Notes: generated from the letters alone by a model not told the origin. A stretch of 62,464 nt of DNA, filler included, from Nemertoderma westbladi (GCA_032718475.1; 3 parts of 3 records of this genome joined end to end with filler, not necessarily neighbours in it); one strand, 5' to 3'. Positions 50,300-62,100 are shown, numbered from the whole stretch's first letter. Translations and numbers: made by a program.

Positions 50300-51685
50300 G
50301 AATCATTATGAGGCTGAGTTAACATTCAGCCTTATAAGCATACACGAAGTGGGGCCTTCGCGCAGCACGTGACTTAAATTTAATTTAAGTACTAATTCGA
50401 AAGTATTACTGTATTAGCAAATTTTAAGCAGATTTCGCCTAATCATTTTTTACCTCTTTCATTTCTATTCAGACATTTCTGACTCTAGCGGTATAGTGAG
50501 AACTGAAGATGGATTAGGGTCTCCAGCCCCACAAAGACACAGCCTATGGATGAATAGTACATACGTACATCGGCCAAGTTTCATCTTGAATAACGGATAA
50601 CGAAATGAGAGACGGATCTCACTTTCAGAAATTTCGTCGTATAGAGGCAGACCGATTAAATCTCCCCCCCCCCCCCCCCCCCCCCCACAAAGACGCAGCA
50701 TGTGGTCCAGAATATATGGCAAGATTCAGCTTAAACTGATTAAAATCAATGAGACGGGAGAATCTATTCACTTTCAGGCATAAAGTAGTCCTATAGCGGG
50801 TGACTGTTGAACTGATTTTCAACAAAACAAATTTTCAACTTGGCAGCTTTAAATTCGACAAAGTTATAAGCATGTCAATATCATAACGACGACAACGATT
50901 TCACTTTCAGACATTTGGCCCTCTAGCGGCAGACTGGAGAACTGCAGATGGATTCGCCTCCTTTGAAAGTCACAGCTAATGGTCTAATACATATCTGCCA
51001 AGTTTCAGCTTAAACGGATTAAAAGCAAAGAAATGGGAGGGCATTTAATGTTTAGACATGTGGCCCTCTAGCGGGAGACCATTGCACTGATGGTGTCTGA
51101 AAGTCTCTCAAAAATCTCAACTTTAGCTCATATTGATACCTACAAATTTTCAACTTGGCAGCTTTAAATCCGACAAAGTTATTAGCATGTCAAAATCGTA
51201 ACGACGACAACGATTTCACTTTCAGACCTTTAGCCCTCTAGCGGCAGACTGGAGAACTGCAGATGGATTCGCCTCCTTTGAAAGTCACAGCTAATGGTCT
51301 AATACATATCTGCCAAGTTTCAGCTTAAACGGATTAAAAGCAAAGAAATGGGAAGGCATTTAATGTTTAGACATGTGGCCCTCTAGCGGGAGACCATTGC
51401 ACTGATGGTGTCTGAAAGTCTCTCAAAAATCTCAACTTTTACTCATATTGATACCTACAAATTTTCAACTTGGCAGCTTTAAATCCGACAAAGTTATTAG
51501 CATGTCAAAATCGTAACGACGACGACGACGACAACGACGACGACGACGACAACGACGACGACGACGACAACGACGACGACGACGACAACGACGACGACGA
51601 CGACGACAACTATTTGCATAAATTGACCCACCCCCTAACAGTGTCAATTCGCTAAGGCTCCGCCAACTTCGTGGCTCGCCCCACA
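50300..51685 (+). mobile_element. Helentron/HINE-like element: 315-bp tandem units, (GAC)n microsatellite and 3' hairpin
   Basis: Period 315 (50836, 51151, 51466); CTCF-like sites at 50481, 50917, 51062, 51233, 51377; GAC/AAC tract 51516-51610; AATTGAC..GTCAATT hairpin and GTGGCTCGCCCC end (also inverted at ~8160 and ~8889). Confidence 0.6.
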
Positions 51686-51842
51686 GCCTCCACAGTATTA
51701 ATGTTGGCACAAAGATTTCAAAATACAACAATAATGCGATGAGAGCATAGTATAGTACAATACACTGTGTAGCCAACACACTGTTTAACTAACAGTAATT
51801 TAGCTTGCACGCCAATTAATTAACATAGCAAGGATGTATTGG

Positions 51843-53294
51843 GATAGATAGATAGATAGATTTATTTATACATTATGTAAAAACAATAACAAATACACCA
51901 AACAATGTACCGGTATAAAGGTATTGTCCAACATAACATATAGGATTACCCCTAAAGCTTTGCAGCTTATTTCCAAGGGGGTCCTTTATGTTACTTGGTT
52001 ACAAATACAATATTACACTACGCTAACCTAAAACCAATATATAACGTAATTACACTATGTACATGTACAACTTTACCGAGAGCGTGACAATGTCCGACTC
52101 AATGATAAAGATGTAATGTACAGAACAATTTATTATAAAACGTAATTACAGTATAAATAGTAAATAATTAATAAACTAATAACTTACTGTAGGACTATTG
52201 TACCTATTTTTACATTGCACACGGAGATGAGATTTAACTGCAGATTTAAAAGAATGTTGATTATCTAGGTTTTTAATTTCATTTGGCAGAGCGTTCCAAT
52301 TTTTTATGCCGTTAAAAAAGAAAGTATCAGATTCAAAGGATTTACAATTCGGGAGGTAGAAGTTTGAAGCACTAGCTCTGGTACTGTAAGAGTGTGTATC
52401 GCGTACTCTGTTGAATTTTTGTTTTAGGTAATTGGGACATTTACCTTTATACACTTTATGCACATGGTTAAGGCGTAGCTGCTTAACTCTACTATCTAAG
52501 TTAAGTAGTCCAGATTCAGAAAAGTCATCTGGAGTTAGGTGGTGTCTAGGTTTGTAGTCTTTAATAAATCGTACTACTTTATTCTGAGCTACTTGTAATT
52601 TACATTTAAGCTGTTTGGTTAAGCCTTCATACCAAGAAGAGCACGCATAGTCCATGTGACACTGTATTAAAGAAGAGCAAAGTAACTTGCGGGAGTCGGT
52701 ATTTAAACTATTTTTATTTCTGTATAGAACCCTAAGCCTACTGTTAACTTTCGAGAAAATATTTTTCACTATGCTTTCTCCTGATAAGCAGTTATCCAAT
52801 GTGGCGCCTAAATATTTAACTTCCTTTTTATTTTCAATCTTATGTCCATTACTAGTGACTTCAAACTTAGTTACCTTCTTTAACTTTCTTTTGGAACCAA
52901 ACAAAATACTTTCAGTCTTACCGTAGTGAATGGATAGCTTATTATCAACCAACCACTCATTACATGATTCTAGAACTGCACTTAACTTTTGGGAAATATG
53001 GATAGGATCTTTATGAGAGAAAATAAGAGCACTGTCGTCGGCATATAAAATGAGTTTAAAATCGGGATCTATACTACTTATCATATCATTTACATAGCAT
53101 ACAAAAAGCAGAGGACCTAATATACTACCTTGCGGTACACCACAGGTAATCTCTTGTACAGTAGACAGCGATTTGCTAATGACTACAGTTTGACCTCTGT
53201 CTGACAGGTAGGACTTGAACCAGTCTATAGAACCTACACCCATCAGGCCTAACTTACCAAGCAGAATTTCGTGATCTACAGTATCGAAAGCCAT
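51843..53294 (-). mobile_element. 5'-truncated L2/CR1-group LINE with (TCTA)n tail
   Basis: ORF 52176-53294: AFDTVDH, GVPQGSILGP, YADD, KYLG, WNALP; 3' UTR with GGACCCCTTGGAAATAAG. Confidence 0.92.
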
Positions 53295-53665
53295 AAAATC
53301 ATATATCGAAAATATATGGGAAGTGTTATTCAGCTGAGACTGTAATAGTTAAACCAGTTTATGTTTGCTTACTGTCTGGGTTGTATAGTAGAGTGATAAT
53401 AAAACTTGGCACACAAAGTACTTCTTTGTTAGTTGCCCTTCCTATTGAATGCATTACCAGGCCATCTCTATACATTTTTCATGAGTGCCAGCTGGTGTTT
53501 TAACATTGCGCCTATGGCAATTTTCGTGTTTTTTGGCTATTTTTCGAAATAAAACAAGTTGAGATGTTTCAATTTAAACCGCAATTTCACAAGTACCCTT
53601 AGAAATCCATTTTCATGGTCCATGCAAAATTTAATCAAAATCGTTAGAGCCGTTTTTGCTCTAGG

Positions 53666-53737
53666 TCAGTAGCCAGTAGTCGTAGCCAGTAGTCAGTAGT
53701 CAGTAGCCAGTAGCCAGTAGTCGTAGCCAGTAGCCAG
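53666..53737. repeat. (CAGTAGC/T)n short tandem repeat, target of the Copia insertion
   Basis: 7-bp unit repeated directly up to the LTR. Confidence 0.85.
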
Positions 53738-56700
53738 TGTGAATAATCTACTGTATGGATCAAAATACGAGATACTGTACTACTAGGAACCGACCCTATT
53801 GACTGAAGATATACGCGAGATACTGTCCTGATGTTGTACGTACCGGTACTGGTTGAGGGTGTTGAGTATGTAGTATGTTATAGTAGAAGGATCCGTACCT
53901 CAGCATAGCACTGTCTGACTGCCTATGTAACTATACTGCAATATACTGATATACGTATTATATGATATACGATCATCTTATTATATTAACATGGTACGGG
54001 CTAATCGGGGACATAATTAAAAATTATCTGCTAGGCCTATAATACATTGCTAGTGCTGAGAGTTAAAGGTTCACTTCCGTTTGGCGATCCGGTATACGAT
54101 GACGACACGGTACCGACCAGCCCCAACACTGCACGATGATACTGACTACAGAATATGGAAGAATAAAGTAAAACTGTGGCAGTTCACATCGGAAGATTCC
54201 GCAGCTAAGCAGGGTGCAGAACTTGCAAACGCAATAAAGGGTAAAGCGGAAGTTCCAGTCAGTGATATGCCATTTGAGGAAGTTGCCTGTGTCAACGGAG
54301 TTGAAAACATCATAAAGAAACTCGATGAATACTTTGAGGCAGACAAATCCCTGCAGGCCTTCACAGCCTACCGCACATTTGTACGTTACTATCGGCCATC
54401 AGATTGTTCTATGCGAGATTTCCTTATGAAATACGAGAAAAATTACAATGACTGCAAAAGACATGGAATGCCATTACCTGAAGAAGTACAAGCTTTCCAA
54501 CTACTCGAATCTGCTAATCTTCCACACAGTGATCACCAACTTGCCTTGGCCACTTGTACTGAAATAAAATTCAAAGATATGAAGTCCCAGATCTTAAAGA
54601 TCCACAAAGACCTCACTGAGGCCTTGCCTGCGACTAATGAACAACCAATAATTCCCCGCGACTCTGCTAAAATCAAAACAGAATTTAAAACCGAGGAAGC
54701 ACTTGCTGCGGCTGAGTATTACTCTTCCAGTTATTCTTCCGACTCTGAAACAGAAGAAGCATATTACGGCGGAAGGCAATATAACCGTTTCCATCGACCA
54801 AACCAATCCAACTATTCAGGAAAACACAGCAAATCTGGCAAACATTCATATAAACCGCATTATAAACAACGCCCCATGGATTCTGGTTATTATTACAACA
54901 AACCACACATCCACGAATCTACATCGGCTTCGAGGCACCAACGCAACACCCCTGGCCGTGATGGTCGGCCTATGAAGTGCCATATCTGTGAATCCATTTA
55001 TCACCTCTCCAATAATTGCGACCTAAATAAACCAGCTACAAAAATTACATTATTCACAGATGACGACACAATTTCTCAGTCTGTCTTCCTTGCGGAAACT
55101 CTCGGAATGGCTGTAGTCGATAGTGGCTGTACTTCTACAGTCTGTGGTGAAAAATGGTTACAGGTTCACATTGATACACTTTCCTGTGCAGACAGGCGTT
55201 CTATCAAAATTAATGATAGTGCTGCTTCATTTAAGTTTGGAGACGGAGAACGATGGCACTCACTTAGACTAGTCACTATTCCTATCCACATTGGACCCCA
55301 GAAAGTTTTCCTGGAAACTGATGTCGTTCAATGTAATGTGCCTCTTTTGTTTTCTAAAAGGTCTCTCAAGAATGGTTGCGGCCAAATAAACTTTGAGCAT
55401 GATGAAATCCACATTCTTGGTATGATACTTCCCCTGCAAGTGTCAACAACGGGACACTACTGTCTTCAACTGTCACGTTCTGGAAACAATGAAGCTGATA
55501 CTACCAACCGAGTACTATTCTCAAATCAGCTTAATGGTAGGGATGAAGTTGACCTAAAGCGCACTATAATTAAACTACATAAACAATTTGCACATCCTTC
55601 CCCTGAAAAGTTGGAAAAGCTCATTAAAGATGCTGGTGACAATAATCCACAGACAGCAAGTATTATCCAGAAAGTAAGCCAACAATGCAATATTTGTAAA
55701 ATTTTCAAGAAACCTCCACACCGCCCTACAGTTTGTTTCCCTCTTGCAAATTCATTTAACGAAGTAGTCGCCATGGATCTCAAAGACATCCAACCAGGCA
55801 CCAAAGTATTACATGTGATTGATCATGCAACCCGCTACTCACAAGCTGTAGTCATACAAAACAAGAAAAAGGAGACCATAATTAAACATATATTTGACCT
55901 CTGGATTCGTGTCTTTGGACATCCTGGAAAATTCTTATCGGACAATGGTGGTGAATTTTCTAACAGAGACATGCAGGATCTTTGCGAAAAGTTTAATATC
56001 AAACTCTGTACTACCGCTGCTGAATCACAGTGGTCAAATGGACTCATAGAACGTCACAATGCTACTCTAGGCTGCACTGTAAATAAAATGTTAGCCGAAC
56101 AACCGATGGATATCCACATCGCTGTACACTGGGCCTGCAGTGCTAAGAATGCCCTTAGTACTGTATATGGATTCTCACCTAATATCCTGGTATTTGGGCG
56201 GAACCCAAACTATCCGAACAACTTCGACAATAGACTTCCAGCCAATCAAACGGAATTCCACAGCAAATTGGTACAAGAAAATCTCACTGCACTGCATAGC
56301 GCACGCGAGGCATTCATTCAACAAGAGGCTAGCGAACGATTGAGACGGGCAATTTGTAGACAAACAAGAACATATGCTGATCAACAATTTAGCATAGGGG
56401 ACGAAATCTACTATAAGAGAGATTACAGCGCTCAGTGGCAGGGTCCAGCCAGAATCCTTGGCTCCGATAATAAACAAATACTTATCAAACACGGCGGTTC
56501 ATACCTTCGCCTGCATCCATGCCGCCTTATGCATGTCAGTGATGATCCATATCAACAGTTACCAGATAACAATGCACCAATGGAAAGACTTGTTTCAACT
56601 CAACAAGAGACTGCCAATGAACTATCAGAAGAAGTCGAAACTGTACCAGACAATCCAGATTTCCAGCAAATACACATGCCAAATGAAGAAGATGTAGTAG

Positions 56701-58904
56701 AACAGATAAACACGGATGTAAACATGCCAAATGAACAAGTATTGGTAGAACCTGACAACATTGCCCAAGATCCTCAACAGGCAAACAAGAAAACACATAA
56801 AGTTCCAAATCGAGATGAGCGAATTGAATTTAAACTTTACCATGACAATCAATTACATAAAGCAAAAGTCATTAGCCGCGCAGGAAAAATGACAGGCAAA
56901 CACTGGCATTGGATTAATATTAGGGAAGATGGTGAGGATAATGACAAAAGTATAAGTATAAAAGACCATATAGAGAACTGGCAACCTGAAACTAATATCA
57001 TGGATGAAACCAACCAGAACATAGAAGCCATGTTCACTGAAGATGTGTCTAAGGATCCAAAATATGATAAAGCCAAACAGGATGAGCTGGAAAAATGGCG
57101 TCAAATGGAAACCTTTGATGAGGTCACTGACAGGGGACAACATGCCATCTCAACACGCTGGGTCTGTCGAGAACAACTGAAAGCCGGAATATTAATTGCT
57201 AAAGCGCGTCTATGCGCCAGGGGTTTTGAGGATGATCCAAATATACAAACAGATTCACCAACTTGCAGCAAGGAGAATATTCGCATAGTGCTATCCATAG
57301 CAGCCTCAAACAAATGGATAATACATAGTATTGATATCCGAAGCGCTTATCTTCAGGGTCAGGCCCCAAACCGAGAAATATTTCTCAAACCACCAAGGGA
57401 GGCTAATACAAATAAACTATGGCTTCTCAGACGATGTGTGTATGGATTGAATGAAGCTGGGCGACGATGGTACTTCCGTCTCAAGGAAGTTTTCTGTGAA
57501 TGCAAGTGCCGAATGTCATCATTGGATCCGGCAGTTTTCTACCTCATTGTCAACCAAGAACTACAGGGCATCGCGACAACCCATGTCGATGATATACTAT
57601 ACTGTGGCACTAAAAGGTTTGAAGGTGTCATACAGGAACTAAAAACTAAGCATCAAGTTAGCACTGAAGAAAGTATGAAATTCAACTATGTCGGCATCAA
57701 AATTGATCAGGAATCTACAAATAAGATACAAATCGACCTAAACAACTATACCCACAAAATACAACCAATTGAACTGAAAGACAACCTTGATAAGAATCGG
57801 GTATTGACGGATGACGAAAGGAGCAGTCTTCGTGTTCTCTGCGGCCAGCTGAACTGGGCTGCTACCCAAGGTCGACCTGACATAGCATTTGAGTCCTGTC
57901 ACCTATCCAGTTGCCTAAAGGCTCCAACTGTTGCTGATGTACGATTAGCCAACAAAACAGTGAAGAAAATCCAACAATCACCAGTGGAAATACCATACCG
58001 AAACCTTGGGAAACCACAAACCTGGAACGTTGTCATTTATTCAGATGCTAGCTGGGCCAATTTGCCTAGTGGTGGGTCACAAGGGGCTTTTGTCATATTC
58101 ATTGTGGGACACAATGGAAGTGCAAATGTAATTCAGTGGCAGAGTAAACGTCTCCGCAGAGTAGCTAAAAGCACACTAGCCGCAGAGACAATGGCAGCTT
58201 TAGAAGCAGCTGAAGCAGCTTTTCTACTAGCATCTTTCATCGCCGAAATTCACCAAATCCCACGTCCCCCTATACATCTCCTAGTGGATAATGAGAGTCT
58301 CGCAAATGCTGTTCGCTCAACAACCTCTGTGGAAGAACGACGTCTCCATGTTGACATTGCTGCTCTACGCGAGATGCTTGAGAGGAAGGAGCTCGCACAA
58401 TTAACATGGGTGCCGGCCAGGCTCCAAATGGCAGATTGTCTCACCAAACAAGGCGCCAGCCCTTATAGACTCATGGACGCAATTCAGGGCCAAGACTTTG
58501 AGATGACAACTCTGACCTTCATAAACACAAAGACAGAGGATGGGAAGTGTTGAATATCATATACTGTATTACACATGCTGAATATCCCAGGACTCTATAC
58601 TTTATACTGTTATACATATCCCTATTTGTCAAAGAAATAACAGAAAAGGGGGAGTGTGAATAATCTACTGTATGGATCAAAATACGAGATACTGTACTAC
58701 TAGGAACCGACCCTATTGACTGAAGATATACGCGAGATACTGTCCTGATGTTGTACCGGTACTGGTTGAGGGTGTTGAGTATGTAGTATGTTATAGTAGA
58801 AGGATCCGTACCTCAGCATAGCACTGTCTGACTGCCTATGTAACTATACTGCAATATACTGATATACGTATTATATGATATACGATCATCTTATTATATT
58901 AACA
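53738..58904 (+). mobile_element. Full-length Ty1/Copia (GalEa-like) LTR retrotransposon
   Basis: LTRs 53738-53991 and 58655-58904 (TG..CA), 5-bp TSD GCCAG, PBS TGGTAC.. at 53992, PPT AGAAAAGGGGGAG 58642-58654. Confidence 0.97.
54081..58553 (+). CDS. Copia Gag-Pol polyprotein (~1485 aa; first ATG near 54099)
   Basis: CHICESIYHLSNNC knuckle, protease DSGC, HKQFAH..CNIC, integrase SDNGGEF, RT KARLCARGF/YGL/HVDD, RNase H SDASW..ADCLTK; order PR-INT-RT-RH. Confidence 0.96.
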   Translation: MAIRYTMTTRYRPAPTLHDDTDYRIWKNKVKLWQFTSEDSAAKQGAELANAIKGKAEVPVSDMPFEEVACVNGVENIIKKLDEYFEADKSLQAFTAYRTFVRYYRPSDCSMRDFLMKYEKNYNDCKRHGMPLPEEVQAFQLLESANLPHSDHQLALATCTEIKFKDMKSQILKIHKDLTEALPATNEQPIIPRDSAKIKTEFKTEEALAAAEYYSSSYSSDSETEEAYYGGRQYNRFHRPNQSNYSGKHSKSGKHSYKPHYKQRPMDSGYYYNKPHIHESTSASRHQRNTPGRDGRPMKCHICESIYHLSNNCDLNKPATKITLFTDDDTISQSVFLAETLGMAVVDSGCTSTVCGEKWLQVHIDTLSCADRRSIKINDSAASFKFGDGERWHSLRLVTIPIHIGPQKVFLETDVVQCNVPLLFSKRSLKNGCGQINFEHDEIHILGMILPLQVSTTGHYCLQLSRSGNNEADTTNRVLFSNQLNGRDEVDLKRTIIKLHKQFAHPSPEKLEKLIKDAGDNNPQTASIIQKVSQQCNICKIFKKPPHRPTVCFPLANSFNEVVAMDLKDIQPGTKVLHVIDHATRYSQAVVIQNKKKETIIKHIFDLWIRVFGHPGKFLSDNGGEFSNRDMQDLCEKFNIKLCTTAAESQWSNGLIERHNATLGCTVNKMLAEQPMDIHIAVHWACSAKNALSTVYGFSPNILVFGRNPNYPNNFDNRLPANQTEFHSKLVQENLTALHSAREAFIQQEASERLRRAICRQTRTYADQQFSIGDEIYYKRDYSAQWQGPARILGSDNKQILIKHGGSYLRLHPCRLMHVSDDPYQQLPDNNAPMERLVSTQQETANELSEEVETVPDNPDFQQIHMPNEEDVVEQINTDVNMPNEQVLVEPDNIAQDPQQANKKTHKVPNRDERIEFKLYHDNQLHKAKVISRAGKMTGKHWHWINIREDGEDNDKSISIKDHIENWQPETNIMDETNQNIEAMFTEDVSKDPKYDKAKQDELEKWRQMETFDEVTDRGQHAISTRWVCREQLKAGILIAKARLCARGFEDDPNIQTDSPTCSKENIRIVLSIAASNKWIIHSIDIRSAYLQGQAPNREIFLKPPREANTNKLWLLRRCVYGLNEAGRRWYFRLKEVFCECKCRMSSLDPAVFYLIVNQELQGIATTHVDDILYCGTKRFEGVIQELKTKHQVSTEESMKFNYVGIKIDQESTNKIQIDLNNYTHKIQPIELKDNLDKNRVLTDDERSSLRVLCGQLNWAATQGRPDIAFESCHLSSCLKAPTVADVRLANKTVKKIQQSPVEIPYRNLGKPQTWNVVIYSDASWANLPSGGSQGAFVIFIVGHNGSANVIQWQSKRLRRVAKSTLAAETMAALEAAEAAFLLASFIAEIHQIPRPPIHLLVDNESLANAVRSTTSVEERRLHVDIAALREMLERKELAQLTWVPARLQMADCLTKQGASPYRLMDAIQGQDFEMTTLTFINTKTEDGKC

Positions 58905-59630
58905 GCCAGTTGCTTTTTTTTCTTACAGTAATCAAGTCTAACGACTTGCTAATTACAGTACCCTAACTTTTCAACATTTTTATTGCAAATACCTTTCAAA
59001 GAAACCTGAATGTAGATGTAAATATATTATTAGGAAATGTGAGTCCAGGAAATGTTTGGAAATTTCCTATCCCGCCTCAATGTTAAATTCTCAATTTAGG
59101 GAAATGAGCAGGCTAGAGTGGCACGTTATTGTAACCAAAACAATAAACTAAACACAATAGAACATTTTACAGTTTTACTTTTGAGAATAATCAGCTGTTA
59201 TTTGCGTCGAATTTCCCCGAAGAGGGATGAATTTTTGCGTCCAGTTTCCCCCCTATCTGAGTTGTTGATACAGGTTGTTGAGGCGGGCCTTAAATGCATG
59301 CAAAAATAAAACTAAAAGTATACCCCTAGGCCTACAATATGAACTTCTACAAATTATATATTTCCAATTAATATATAAGGCTCGATTTTTGACGAACTAA
59401 CTAATAATTAAATAATTAAACACAACAGCAGTAAATGTAGGGGTAGGGCCTACTGTACAGTATATCCTTCAAAGGTTAATTTATATAAAAATTATCCAAG
59501 CAACCGAATAAGTAATAGACACTAAATAAATATTATATACATAAATATATAATATAAATATAATATAATATAATAAATGAATACATATATAAACTACCCC
59601 TAAATTTAAACAGAAGACTTAAAGTAAATC

Positions 59631-60762
59631 TTATTGAAAAATGTGTTCGCCGAATTCATCGAATAATTTTTTAAAATTAATATGTTCTATCTTATCTTCT
59701 TGCTCTTCGTTTACATGGAATTTAATTATTGTTCCCTTTTGGCGAATAGCCATTAAATAACTTCCTTCTGGGTGGAAATCGATATTCGTGAAATAGTCCC
59801 CATCCTCGACGTTTGGCGGACCCAAAAATACCTCCATTTCACTCCCATCATCTCCGTTTAGTATTCTCACATACTGTACGATGCATCCTCTAACAACTGC
59901 ATCAGTGCCACCCTGCTATCGTGTGGTTCCCATTTAATTTCCGCCCCTCCTTCATTGTATTCCCAAAGTTCTTTACCAGTTATAAAGGAAATACATTTAG
60001 TAGTGCAATAATTTAACGCTACTACGAGTTTAGTACAATCTGTATTAAACGCGACCGAGTTCACTTGCCCCTTGACTTCCATATCATAGATGAAATGTTT
60101 ATGGTACAATCTCTATTAACCTCGAGCTCGCGCGACCCCAATTCCCACATCCCTTCAATAAGTTCCCTAATAAGGTTCCCTTTAAGATCCCACTGCTTAA
60201 CGGATTTATCATCAGAGCAGCTAATCAACTCAGTTCCTTCCTTATTAAAGATAACGCTATTTAAATTATGTGCATGAGCGACCCACGTTCTATGAGTGAA
60301 TGCATTAGCGGTTTCGGTACCGGTAGTCTTCATGTTGATGGTAATTACTGATATAGTGAAATCTAAATCGCAAGTAGTCACCAACACATTGGGATTCACA
60401 GTAGAGAATGTTATGTTCCGTCTGCTTACATTTGTTGTTTGGATAGACTTAGGGTTGAAACTTAGTTTGGAGTGAGGAACGTGGAATATCAGTTTCCGGC
60501 TATCCACATATAGATGTACTCCCCCTCCATCGTATGCGTGTGGACTTCCAGCTATTAGCTTTGAGTCTGATGATACCGCACAAGCTAATATTATTTCATA
60601 TCCCTTTTTCTTCAAATTCGTATTATTTGAAATCGTTTCTTCAAGCCTCCCGATAATGCTGTAGTTTGTAGCACGGATTATATAGATTCCTTTGTTGCTG
60701 GCACAAAGAATCCTCTTACTGGAGATCAATCAATTCCGGTTTGGCTGAGTTGAGTCCCATTG
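59631..60762 (-). pseudogene. Intronless WD40-repeat pseudogene
   Basis: AHAHNLNSVIFNKEGTELISCSDDKSVKQWD, VNSVAFNTD, IDFHPEGSYL spread over three overlapping frames. Confidence 0.65.
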
Positions 60763-60984
60763 TTTTATTTTTTCAATCAATAAAATACTGGGCTGTAACA
60801 GTAGACATATTTACAGTAATAGGCGTAATGTGGCAGACTAGAGGATAAAATGAAAAAAATTAAGTTCTAAGAAATGGAGTAATTGTTATACACGGCGGGG
60901 TAACGCACATTAACTGATGATTAAAAAAATAATTTCATTAGTACACCAAGTTCCACCTTGTTGTAGTGGGGTATATCGCCTAGT

Positions 60985-61570
60985 GTTGGTCTTTTTATTA
61001 ACTCCAGAAAGACCAAAATTTTGACAGTTAACTTTTGAAAGTTCTCAGCAAGTCTCTGATCGGATGAGCATAAGCTCAAAGGATGGTATGCTTGAGCATG
61101 TGGACGACTTCTGTTACCTGGGATCATGGATCCGGAAGTCAGGTGAGGACCTTCGAATACGTAAGGGAAAGGCATGGGCAGCCTTGAATATGCTTTCCAG
61201 GATTTGGAAGTCACCGAGAATTAATCGGAAACTTAAGGTCCGATTATTTAGAGCAGCAGTAGTTCCAGTACAACCTCTACGGGAGTCCATGCTGGGGTTC
61301 TAACTGCTGAGGACACCAAATCTTTGTTTGGATGGCACATACACAAGAATGCTACGCTGGGTTCATTGTGTCAAGTACAATGCACACATCTCCAACCAGA
61401 CACTATATAACATTGGAGGTGTCTGTCTCATTGGTTCCCCCAAGCTTGACACTAGAACAAAATCGCCTCCGCTTTGCAGGACATTTGCTTTCACCGTGAG
61501 GACCAGACAGTGCATAAACTTATACTTTGGCAACCTCATGGACTGAATAAGCATGGTGGACAGCCCATCT
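60985..61570 (+). mobile_element. Third decayed 3' fragment of the same RTE family
   Basis: LEHVDDFCYLGSWI..KLKVRLFRAAVVPV; near-identical to 44260-44780. Confidence 0.88.
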
Positions 61571-61699
61571 TAAACTCATCTTAAATATTTTGTCAACAAT
61601 TGATGTGATATTTTGATATTTTGTCAACAAGCCAGCATAGAATTCTTAAAAATGCAGCTGCAATGCAGCATGCTAATCCTAGTAGTAGTAGTAGAGTTT

Positions 61700-62100
61700 C
61701 TTGGCGCCAGCCCCTGGCAGTTAATCATAAGTTGTTTCTCCACTTTTTGTTGATAAGGATTTATCCAGCTGTACTTTGGTTCCATCAGGGTATTTTAATG
61801 TCCACAGCTTCCCTTTCTCTTTTCGAATGTGGTGTTTGATGGAATCAATTCAGATTATTCCCATTAGAACTAAGAGTAAGCAGCCATTTATGTTATAGGT
61901 GTAACCCCTGCTGGCTTCTGGGCGAATTTGTGCATTAAAGTCACCAGCAATTACTTGGTCATTGTGTTTAGGAATGTCCTTTATAAGTCCAGACAGATCT
62001 TCATGAAACTTGATGGCTAGTTCTAGCTCTGATGCATTGGTTTGACTGCAGCAATATATTACTGTTGTCTTAGGATTCCCATCAAATGTTGCCAATCAAA
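61700..62100 (-). mobile_element. RTE-type APE endonuclease fragment
   Basis: GNPKTTVIYC..DIPKHNDQVIAGDFNAQI. Confidence 0.7.

Noticed and set aside
51465-51779. Poly-Arg and poly-Asp ORFs
   Set aside because: Translations of the (GAC)n microsatellite
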